In this document: positions 1 to 10,140 of the stretch, in pieces
Position numbering within the stretch: the first letter of the stretch is position 1
Layout of the letters: every line of letters starts with the position of its first letter
Assembly (NCBI RefSeq): GCF_001447785.1
Contig: NW_015170311.1
Span: 380,400-444,399 of the forward strand
DNA length: 64,000 nt
Reading direction: 5' to 3'
DNA from: Gekko japonicus
Taxonomy: Eukaryota
The notes under the pieces: generated by a model
Databases searched by the model: none
What the model was told of the DNA's origin: nothing
The model's input: the letters and a program-made list of their open reading frames with translations, nothing else
Program-made: the position numbers and the translations under genes

Positions 1-195
1 AATGTTTAGATAATTTCTAAATGAAATCGTATATGTATTATCTGATACTTCTAGCTGCAAATATTATTAGGTTATTGGCTAAACTTTCTGTTGAAAGTTT
101 TAAGGGAGAGATTTAATCTGAATGTATCACAAGATATTACTCTAATTTCATTTGCATTTTTGGAAAATCAATAAAAATCTATTATAAAAAAAATA
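1..195 (+). mobile_element. 3' end of an L1-like LINE, cut by the window edge
   Basis: AT-rich tail ending AATCAATAAAAATCTATTATAAAAAAAA (polyA signal plus A tail). It resembles the 3' end of the L1-like element at 10440-10513. Confidence 0.4.
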
Positions 196-671
196 AGTGA
201 AATGAAATGTGATAGTGCAAACTTCATGGTCACTTAACTGGATGTTTCTTGTGACATTCCTGGAAGCAAGTAATACAACTTCCCAGGCTTGCATCACAAC
301 ATAAAAGCTTTAAATCCTCAGAGAAATGAACAGTGTATCAGTATAGCACAGAAGCACCCACACAGCTCTTGTAAAAAAAATTAAAAGAAAAGGAACATCA
401 GCATGGTTATGCCTTCTACTAAGAACAATGCTCAAAATCTTGAATGGTGGAAGGCATGGAAAACCTTTAAATACCCATGGAGCTATGTGAACAAATATTT
501 TTTAAAAAAACTCTTTATGTAAGACACACAATGTCCTAATGTTTAGAGGACATGGGTACTAAATTAGTTGGCTGTAGGTTCTCGATTTATTTATTCTTCA
601 GTCAGAAGTTATCAGGCACCAGAGAATAGGATCAATCCATGGCTTCTCCATATTTCCCACAGTTAAAATGG

Positions 672-1190
672 AGATTTGACTCCAGTAGCACCTTAGAGAC
701 CAATATGTTTTTGAGGGTATAGAAGAAGAAGAGAAGAGGAGATTGGATTTATACCCCACCCTTCACTACCCAAAGGTGTCTCAGAGCCTCTTACCAACTC
801 CTTTCCCTTCCCCTCCCCACAAAGAACACCCTGTGAGGTAGGTGGGGCTGAGAGAACTCTGACAGAAACTGCTCTTTTTTCAAGAACAGCTGTGCCAGAA
901 TTATGGCTTGCCCAAGGTCATCCAACCAGGTGCAAGTGGAGGAGTGGGGAATCAACCCAGTTCTCCCAGATTAGAGTCCACACACTTAACCACTACACCA
1001 AACTGGCTCTCTTATACCTCAGCTATAAGCTTTCAAGAGTCAAAAGCTCGCGTCATCAGAGGATGAAACCCCGCTTTCAAGAGTCAAAAGCTCCCTTCAT
1101 CAGAGAATGAAACCCCTGAAAATCTTGTTGGTCTCTGTGGTGCTATTGAACTCAAATCTAGCTGTTCTACTGTAGATCAACATGGCACCA
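672..1190. mobile_element. Penelope-like element remnant (inverted pLTR pair) interrupted by a SINE
   Basis: Inverted arms AGATTTGACTCCAGTAGCACCTTAGAGACCAA (672-) and TTGGTCTCTGTGGTGCTATTGAACTCAAATCT (-1159). An internal 44-bp tandem (1029-1116) carries CTGATGA...GAAAGC cores on the minus strand. Confidence 0.65.
721..1011 (-). mobile_element. tRNA-derived CORE/MIR-like SINE (Squam3-like)
   Basis: Minus strand: AGCCAGTTTGGTGTAGTGGTTAAG A-box head, a CCTACCTCACAGGGTG core, and a GGTATAAATCCAATCTC(TTC)n tail. Near-identical copies at 12341 and 63031. Confidence 0.85.
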
Positions 1191-1195
1191 TTCGT

Positions 1196-1385
1196 CAGTC
1201 TCTGGCCTGAAGGACGCCCGCCTTGCCTCAATAAGAGCCAGGGCCTTTTCAACTTTGGCACCTACCTGCTGGAACATGCTCCTGGTTGATATTAGGGCCC
1301 TGAGGGATTTATTGCAATTCTGCAGGGCCTGCAAAACGGAGCTGTTCCACCAGGCCTTTGGCTGAGGCAGCGGATGTCCAAACCA
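1196..1385 (+). mobile_element. L2 LINE 3' fragment
   Basis: Homologous to 2425-2590 of the neighbouring L2 copy (GCCTC..CCAGGGCCTTTTC...CCAGGCCTTTGGCTGAGG). Confidence 0.6.
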
Positions 1386-1529
1386 CACCGGCCTTCCCTA
1401 CCTCACTCACTTAATCTGCCTTCCTACTTTAGGGCACTGCCTTTACCAACCTGGCACCAGCACCAGCTGACTTGGGCTCTTCCTTGCATTAGCACAGCAG
1501 GCACTGTAATTAGAAATTATTAAGATGCC

Positions 1530-2810
1530 ATCAGGAACACAGTTGATTATGATCTTATGACCCACCGCCTCGTCAACGTATGAGTACAGGGGACTGCCTT
1601 AAAATGGTTTTCCTCCTATCTCCATGGTCAGGGACAGAGGGTGGCACTGGGCAAGAGGGTCTCACTGCGATACCCGCTAGAATGTGGTGTGCCGCAGGAG
1701 GCGATCCTCTCTCCAATGCTATTTAACATCTATACACACACCCTCACCCAGTTAGTTCAGAGTTATGAGCTGGGTTGCCATCAGTATGCTGATGACACTC
1801 AGTTTTATCTGTTAATGGACGGTCATCCATCCTCTGTTCCTGGAAATCTGGCTGAGACTTTGGACACTGTGGCTGAATGGTTGTGGCAGAGTCGATTTAA
1901 GTTAAATCCATTGAAGATGGAGGTCCTGTACCTGGATTGTGGGGGTTTGGAGGTGGGCACCAGGCTTCCCACACTGGAAGGGACACCTCTGGAGCCAGCC
2001 CAGTTGGTGAAGAGCCTGGGAGTAACACTAGCTACCTCCTTATCTATGGAGGCCCAGGTTGCTGCAGTCACCAGATCTGCATTTTTCCATCTTAGGCAGA
2101 TCAGGCTACTGAAGCTCTATCGCTCCCCCCAGGACTTAGCTAAGGTGACCCATGCAATGGTCACTTCCAGGCTTGATTAGTGCAACTCGCTCTATGTAGG
2201 CTTACCCTTGAAACTGATCCGGAAATTACAGTTGGTACAAAATGCGGCAGCACGCCTGCTGATATCGACGCCTGTGCGAGCTTAAGTACCAGATCCACTT
2301 CAAGGTGTTGGTAATTACCTTCAAAGCCTTATATGGTCTGGGACCAACATACCTAAGGGACCGCCTCTTCCCATATATGCCTCAGAGTGTGTTACGCTCC
2401 GAGAGTCAACATCTCCTGGTGATCCCTGGCCCAAAGGACATTCGCTTTGCCTCGACCAGGGTCAGAGCTTTTTCTGCCCTGGCCCCCCACCTGGTGGAAC
2501 ATGCTCCCTATCGAGAACATGCTCCTTATTCAATTCCGCAGGGCCTGCAAGACAGAGCTGTTCCACCAGGCATTTGGCTCAGGTAGCAGGCATCCACATA
2601 TTTTCCCCCCCCCCAGGTTGCGGTCTCCCACCTACTGATAACCGGCCACACCTAGTTACATCAATGGGCCAGATTCTCCCTACAGCAAGCATGACTATTG
2701 ATTTTATATGTTTTAATGTGTTTGAATTTTATTGTATTTATTGAACTGCTGTGACCTGCCCTGAGCTTGTTTACGGGGTGGGTGGGATATAAATGCGGAT
2801 AATAATAATT
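1530..2810 (+). mobile_element. L2-clade LINE, 5'-truncated and decayed RT
   Basis: ORF 1641-2180 has GVPQEAILSPMLFNIY, HQYADDTQFY, LKLNP-like and HAMVTSRLD motifs. ORF 2305 has FKALYGLGPTYLRD. The tail is GGGATATAAAT...(AAT)n. Stops and frameshifts are present. Confidence 0.9.
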
Positions 2811-3759
2811 TTAAAAAGCCCTGTAACTGTTCTTTTCATGTTTTATTATTTATTACTGAATGATCAATGATTGTTTTACTGAATGTTGTAAGCCACCTTG
2901 AGCCCAAGTTACAATGCTCTTGGTCTGGTAATCAAAGCCATACCAAGACAGGAGACAGTCAGGCTCCAAGGAAATTCAAAGGTGCCAATACAAGGGCCTA
3001 CTGAGAAGTGGAAAGGAACAGCAGGACCACTCTCACAAACCATAAGACTTCCCACACACACACACACCTCTGCAGACTTGGCAAAAACACATCTGGTTGC
3101 AAGAAACAGTTAAAGTAGTAACGCAGCACAAATAGACAGATTTTGTCCTACCTATCTCATACAGTTTATTGTTTCAGCTATGGCAGCTCAATGCTGCCTC
3201 TATCACTACAGCAAGAGGCAGGTTTGGGCTGTCTGTAATTCAAAAACTATGTAAACTACAAATCATCCTCAGCCTACCATGCTACATCCTGATTAGGAAG
3301 TGATAAATGAGTTCAGAGAGGAACACCCTCCTTGTCATCACAGGGGCTGGCTCCTTCATTGTTTAATCAGTTTTTAAAAATGCTCACTCAAGTCACCGTG
3401 TGATCTGATTTAGCAACAAGGGTGCTATATCTCTTTTGAATTTGCAGGCACCAAAGAGTGTTTTTCCCTTCAGAGATTAAGGAGTTTTTCATTCCTTGGT
3501 AACAAACAATATACTACCTACAATATACCACACATGGTGGAAGTCATTTTTAATTCAAAATCTATCACATTTTACCGCCACTTATTTTGAGGAGCATCAT
3601 TTATTTTAGAAGACTACAGCAGCAGCAGGTAGTATAATGGATGTTCCTATCTCAGGACACTATAGCACAATAATAGATGAACAGAACTTTGAGGAATCCC
3701 CTCCTTTTCTTTTATAAAATTATTTATCTGATTTTCCTGCCATTTACCTCAGAGAGAAA

Positions 3760-3814
<55 letters not shown>

Positions 3815-3823
3815 ATAATAATA
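3760..3823. repeat. (ATT)n/(ATA)n microsatellite
   Basis: Direct observation. Confidence 0.95.
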
Positions 3824-5162
3824 AAATGATAATTCCACAAATAATCATTTGAAAATGACAGTTTAGAAAGTTCTGTGATCAAAAAGGGGTTAACGATTGA
3901 ATCAATGTTTCCTTATATAGTTACATTAAATAAATCTTACCTCAACTAAAAGAAGAAAAGGACAAATTCTACGTGGGCCTTGCTAGTATCTGTTTTTGCA
4001 ATTTCAACATCCATGCTATCCTTACTTCTATCAGACCAAAATTGATACAAAGCACAAAAAAGGGGGAAAAGGAAGGGAAGAAGGGGAGACATTTATAATA
4101 TATATGCATTTTTTGCTACTATTTTGTCTAGAGAGTTGGGGGTAGTGGTAAAGGTAGAAGGTGAGATACACCAATTGGCATGGCAACCTTGTACTCAATT
4201 GCCACAATCTGCATCTAACACAAAGTATTGGACATGCTCCCATAAAAATCAATGAGAGTTAGCAAACCCATCAATGTCAGAAAGTGTAGTTTAGGCACAA
4301 AAGGTTCCTGGTGACCTCAGTGATAATCTACATATCAGTCCAGCTTTGAAATTGCACACATTGTGCCTGCTGTGCAGCTGTTCCCTGTTTTGTAGAGGAG
4401 ACTAGACATAACTCTGACAAACTAAACATTGCAACTACATTGTACTTTTAGTACTGTGTCCAATAATACAGTAAAACTATTAAGAAATTAAGTGTATATC
4501 ATCCCGTTCTTCTCAGAGTTCCCAATGGCACACACATGATTCTGACACAGTCTCCCATCTAGGCTTTATCCAGTCCCTAACCTGCTTAATTTGAGCACAC
4601 TTACCATAAATAACTGATATTGTCATATCTATATCATATATATTTTCATAGACCACTTTAAAAGTAGCAAGAATTTTTCCCCTCTCCAGGCATCATTTTC
4701 ATTATCATTTTATGGTGCAGCAGTACAAAAACGTCAAAAAGGGAATAAGTTATTCCAACAAGGATGAGTACTGTTGTGAGTTATGGAATGAAAAATTCAC
4801 AGCTGCCAATGATAACTACTGCTAAGTCATAAGACAGCTTCAATGGAATGCCAAACATCTCAACTCTCAAGTAAACATTCATATATTTTGTTTTGTCCTG
4901 CAGTCTCCAAGAATTTTCTTTTTATAAACAATGCAGAGGACTCTCTAGTATAATCTGCCTTTTTCAAGGGTTCATTCAGCTTGTTAACACATACCTGTGA
5001 TAGGGTACTTTTCTAATTATTTTGGACATCTCAATAAAAACTTTTTTGAACACATCATAGACAATCATGCTGGGTTATGAGCCATTTTAAATAGGGCAAT
5101 CTGACAGCTCCAGCACAGATCATGAGAACAGCTGTTCATATATTTTCTCACTGAGCATGTAT

Positions 5163-5352
5163 GGGCTGTGATTCAGCATTACAGCATCTGCTCAGTGTGC
5201 AGAACGTCTCAGGTTCAAACCTGGGGTCAGCCAGTTAAAATGATCAGCTGGTAGGTGATGTGGAAGAGCTCCACCTGAGATGCTGGAGAGACGCTGCCAG
5301 TCTGAGTAGATGATATTGACCTTGATGGATCACTGGTCTGATTGGTATAACC
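5163..5352 (+). mobile_element. tRNA-derived SINE (Squam2-like)
   Basis: GGGCTGTGATTCAG...AGCATCTGCT head, GGTTCAAAC B-box, and body GCTGCCAGTCTGAGTAGA...GATGGATCACTGGTCTGA. A second copy is at 33128-33270. Confidence 0.7.
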
Positions 5353-6010
5353 CTTATGCACTGTAGAAATGCAACAACACGTCCTCAATCACACATACAC
5401 AGTTTAAACAGCCAGCTGTGCATGCTGTGCCTGTTGTTTCCTTCACATTATTTTCTTTACATTTCTACCCAACTGTTGCTCTGACAAACCCAAAGCAACT
5501 TAAATTTGGCTCCAAAGAGGTCTTCCCTTTGTGGTATGTTGCTGTATCCTTCCTGCTATGAAAATCCACACAAGTTCAGGTAAGCACCTTATTTCATTCT
5601 AAAATACCTTCAAACAAATAATCCAGGTACAAAGGCAGAAAGCCAGCAGGGGAGCAGGAGCCATCCAGTGTCTTGCAGGGAGTGCTACACGTATGATTAT
5701 GTACCCACTTGGTGGAAATCATGGGTGTATGCTCAACGCATGGAGTGCTTGGCTCTCAGGGAGCATGTTTGTTCACCTGAAGGTAGGAGTGCCAACCTGG
5801 AGAAGCTGAGGCAGAGAAAGAGGTTTGAGGATGAAGCCTTCAAGAACTTATCAGAACAGTCCCATCCCTGTGCTGACAGATGTTCTGCTGTTGTGGAGAG
5901 TGAGAGTCTCACAGTCACAGGCTATCAGTCTTAGGAGGATGAATGAATCCCTTAGAAGGGACACTTCCTTGGGTGATAGACTATAACATCCTCTTGTACC
6001 AAGGATATAT

Positions 6011-6231
6011 GCCTTGACCTGGATAGCCCAGGCTAGCCTGATCTCATCAGATATCAAAAGATAAGCAGGGTTAACCCTGGCTAGTATTTGGATGGGAGAC
6101 CTCCAAGTAATACCAAGATCATGAGGCGGAGGCAGGCAATGGCAAACCACCTCCAAACATCTCTTGCCTTGAAACCCCTACAGGTAATCAGAAATCAGCA
6201 GAAATCAGGTGTGACTTGACAGCAAAACAAC
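6011..6231 (+). mobile_element. 5S rRNA-derived SINE
   Basis: Head CCTGATCTCATCAGATATCAAAAGATAAGCAGGG...TAGTATTTGGATGGGAGACC matches the 5S internal control region. Body is GGCAATGGCAAACCACCTC. TSD ACCAAGGATA at 5998-6007 and 6232-6241. Confidence 0.85.
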
Positions 6232-6370
6232 ACCAAGGATACCCCTCTGGGCTTGGGGGTGGGAGCTTTTCATAGTGGGTTATTAAATTATTAGGAATAT
6301 AGAGGGAAGTAATATGGATAAAAATACTGAGCCCTAAGGGTTACTTAAAAGTGGGCATGTACTATTGCCC

Positions 6371-6590
6371 ACCCTGACCTGGATAGCCTAGGCTAGCCCA
6401 ATTTTATCAGCTCTCAGAAACTAAACAGGGTCAGCCCTGGTAGTATCTAGATGGGAGACCTCCAAGTAATACCAGGGTCATGACGTCAAGACAAGCAATG
6501 GCAAACCACCTCTGAATATCTCTTGCGTTGAAAACCCAACCGGGTTGCCATAATTCAGCTGTGACCGGATGGCACTTTCCACCTGATGGC
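6371..6590 (+). mobile_element. 5S rRNA-derived SINE inserted in CR1
   Basis: Same family as 6011. It is flanked by the degenerate duplication ACTATTGCCCACC / ACTATCACCCCACC. Confidence 0.8.
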
Positions 6591-7182
6591 ACTATCACCC
6601 CACCTGATCAAACCCGTGAGACTGATTTTGATATGGAGAAAGAAATAAGAAAGGTGACTAAAGCAGATAATGTTATGACACTGGGAGACTTAACTACCTT
6701 TACATTGATTGGGTAAACATGTGCGTGAGACATGCTGTAGAAATGAGATTCCTGGACATCATAAATGACTGCACACTGGAACAGTTGGTCATAGAGGCAA
6801 TAACAGGGGTAGTGATCTTGGACCACAATGCTATTAAGTTCAGCATTCATGCCAATGGAAATTATCCCTAAAGTCCTAAACTGTAACATTTGATTTCAAA
6901 AGAGAGAACTTTACAAAAATTAGAATAGTCAAAAGCAAGTGGAAAGGGAAACACAAGCCAGTCAAATCCCAAGAGGATGCTCAGAAGCTATTTAAAACCA
7001 CATGAAACCCAGATAGAATTCATTCCCCAGGTTAGGAAAGGTACTGCCAAGTCTAAAAGAATGCCCTTATGATTAACAATGCAAGTCAAGGAATCTATAA
7101 AAAGTAAAGAGGCTTTGAGTGGAAGGTCTGCCCCAATGAACTGAACAGAAGGAACCACAAGTTCTGTTAAAAGAAATGTAAG

Positions 7183-7746
7183 GGGGGGGGAATCTGGACA
7201 CACACGACCCAATCAGTTGAACAAGTATAAAGCCAACAGTCGTGATAGTCTGACCCACAATCAAACAGTCATAAGACTTATAAAGAATGCAGTTTATGTA
7301 TTGCAATCTAAAGCACTATAACATGATACACAACGTCGTATCCGGATTACATAACAACGTTTCAAAAAATGAACCTTCTTCAGGAGATATTATAGTGGTG
7401 CCAAAGCTCTCAGTTTCATAAATGTTAGACAACAAGTCTTAAGAACATTAAATTCAGATAGGACACTGATCTCAATTAACATACAGGCTCAAAATATGCT
7501 GCTATGTTTCTACTGGATCACTGGCGTAATATTCTTGTCTAACATTTATGAAACAGAGCTTTGGCACCACTATAATATCTCCTGAAGAAGATTCATTTTT
7601 TGAAATGTTATGTAATCCGGAGACGACGTTGTGTATCATGTTATAGTGCTTTAGATTGCAATACATAAACAGCATTCTTTATAGGTCTTATGACTGTTTG
7701 ATTGTGGGTCAGACTATCACGACTGTTGGCTTTATACTTGTTCAAC
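7183..7746. mobile_element. Inverted-repeat insertion, probably a Penelope-like pLTR pair
   Basis: Arms 7216-7432 and 7535-7746 are near-perfect reverse complements. A 14-bp TSD AAAAGAAATGTAAG lies at 7169-7182 and 7747-7760. Each arm carries a CTGAAGA...GAAA core. Confidence 0.7.
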
Positions 7747-8966
7747 AAAAGAAATGTAAGACCATAACTAGGCATGCAAAAAGAGAATTTGAAAAGCAGG
7801 TCGCTAAAAGGATCAAGACAAACAAACATTCTTTAAATGCATCCAGAGCAAAAAACAAACCAAAGAAGCAGTTGGGCCTTCAGATGACCAAGGAACTAAG
7901 GGATGACAAAAGGATGATGAGGAGCTGGCAGAGAAGCTCAATGAATTTTTTCCTTCTGTATTCACTGTGAAAATGTGGGACATGAATCTATGCCACAGCC
8001 ACTGTTTTCAGGAAGAGAATCTGAAGAATGGAGTGAAACTGATGAGAGATGACGTTCTAGACCTACTGGGTAAATTAAAAACCACTAAATCTCCAGGTCC
8101 TGATGGCATACACCCAAAAGTTCTTAGGGAACTCAATGTGAGACAGTTGATCTACTAACTCATATATGTAGCTCATCACTAAATTCAACTGCTATATCAG
8201 AAGACTAGAGAGTGGCAAATGTTACACCAACTTTTAAAAAGGGGTCCAGAGAGGAACCAGGAAATTACAGAACAGTTATCTTAACGTCTGTTCCAGGCAA
8301 AATAGTAGAAAATGTAATCAAAGATAGAATTGTTAGACACATAGAAGAACAAAGCCTGCTGAGGAAAAATCAGCATGGCTTCTGCAAAGGGAAGTCCTGC
8401 CTCACTAGTCTTTTGGAGTTCTTTGAGAAAGTGAACATGCATGGCTTCCGGTTTATGGCAACACGCTGGCGGACACATCTCCCGGACCTCCCGGGGATGT
8501 GATCTGTGCACCACTGGATAGGAGGGTCGCCACCCCCCCTAGCCATGGAGCTTTTGAGGGGCAACCTCTTCACCAGCAGGATGCTGGGGAATTGAGGCAC
8601 TCCTCCACCCCGACGGTCTTGCCGCTGAGTGTCTGTATGGATCTAGAGCCACTGACCGGGACAAGCGTCAGAGATCGAGCATTTTAAACGTGTTCCGAGC
8701 GAGGTCGTATGACCAACAATGAAAAGTGAGTCGGGTTAAAGCGAAGACAGGAATATAAAAAGAAAGCTCCCCCTGGGAATGGTGAGAAAAGTGAGCGGGG
8801 GAGGGGCCCCTCCCGTATGCATGAACTAAAAAAAGATCTATAAAGGAGGGGAGCAGAAGAAAAAGTGTTGAAATCTGTTTTGAGAGACTTACTAGAGTGT
8901 TGATAGGCGCATAGGCAAAATTCAGAGACTTTAGCAAGTTTTTATAAAAGTAAACAATCCACAAAG

Positions 8967-9720
8967 ATGGCAGGGAAGAAGACGGAGAAAGACAAACAAG
9001 CAAAAGTGAAAGCAGCAGGGAACATGAGCCCTCGACCGGGAGAGGGCACTTTCTCCAAAATGGCAGATTCTTTGCGCCCTCTGCTGGACCAGATAACTAA
9101 CATTAAACAGCAGCTGACAACTCTAAATCAGAATCTGACAACTCAGCAGCTCCAACTGACTGAAACTTTAAAACTGATGGAGCAAACAGCTGAGAAGGTG
9201 AAGGAAATAGACGGCAACACTAAAAAAGTTAAGAAAAAGGTGCAAAAGCGGGAAAAGAAGCAAGCTTCGAAAGAATCCCAGTTTTTACAGCTGCAAATGG
9301 AGAAAGCAAATTTGGTCCTCCGGTTCCAAGGGTTCCCAGAATTAGAAGACGATAGTCTAAAGCAACTTGACTGAAGCATTAGCCCCAGTTACGAATTTGA
9401 AAGCAGAATATCTTGTAAACGAAACGGATGTGGTCTACAGAGCCTATTCTGTGTACATCAAGAAGAAGACTCTGCCTGGGGAGATAGTGGTCAGATTCTC
9501 GAAGAGGCATGTGAGGGATTTAATCCTGAAAGCAACTACAGGAACACTCTTGAAAATTGGGGGCAACATTATCAGGATTTTAAAAGACATCCTATTTGAA
9601 ATAAGGCAAAAGAGGAAGAAATACAAAGACTTAATCCTTTTTCTACAAACAAATAGCATTGCCTACAGATGGCAAATTCCAGAAGGTGTCAGTTTTAAAC
9701 TACATGATAAAAAGATAAAA
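8967..9720 (+). pseudogene. L1-type ORF1p (coiled coil, RRM, CTD), frameshifted
   Basis: Heptad-rich N-terminus, then NLVLRFQGFPE, IVVRFSKRHVRDLILK, IRILKDI and YRWQIPEG motifs typical of L1 ORF1p. Split across ORFs 8967-9374 and 9367-. Confidence 0.75.
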
Positions 9721-10140
9721 GGGTTGGAACACTTTCCCTATGAGGAAAGATTAAAGCGCTTAGGGCTCTTTAGCTTGGAGAAAGGACGACTGAGGGGTGA
9801 CATGATTGAGGTTTATAAGATTATGCATGGGAAAGAGCAGGTAGAGAAAGAGGTACTTTTCTCCCTTTCTCACAATACAAGAACTCGTGGGCACTCCATG
9901 AAATTGCTGAGCGGTCGGGTTAGAACGGATAAAAGGAAGTACTTCTTCACCCAAAGAGTGATTAACACATGGAATTCACTGCCACAGGAAGTGGTGGCAG
10001 CTACAAGCATGGACGGCTTCAAAAGGGAATTAGATAAGCATATGGAGCAGAGGTCCATCAGTGGCTATTAGCCACAAGGTATAGCTAGGGGCTCTGGGGC
10101 AAGGGATGCTCTGTCTTCTTGGTGCTTGGGGGGGGGGTCA
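9721..10140 (+). mobile_element. CR1 3' fragment (ORF2 C-terminus plus start of 3' UTR) nested in the L1-like element
   Basis: GLEHFPYEERLKRLGLFSLEKGRLRGDMIEVYKIMHG...TRGHSMKL...FFTQRVINTWNSLP is the canonical CR1 ORF2 C-terminus. Confidence 0.9.

Noticed and set aside
5163-5235. tRNA genes at SINE heads
   Set aside because: Only degenerate A/B boxes running into SINE bodies; no cloverleaf is evident.
6011-6130. Functional 5S rRNA genes (also at 6371, 15736, 20571)
   Set aside because: The 5' ends differ from 5S, the copies are diverged, and each is fused to a common SINE body, several with TSDs.
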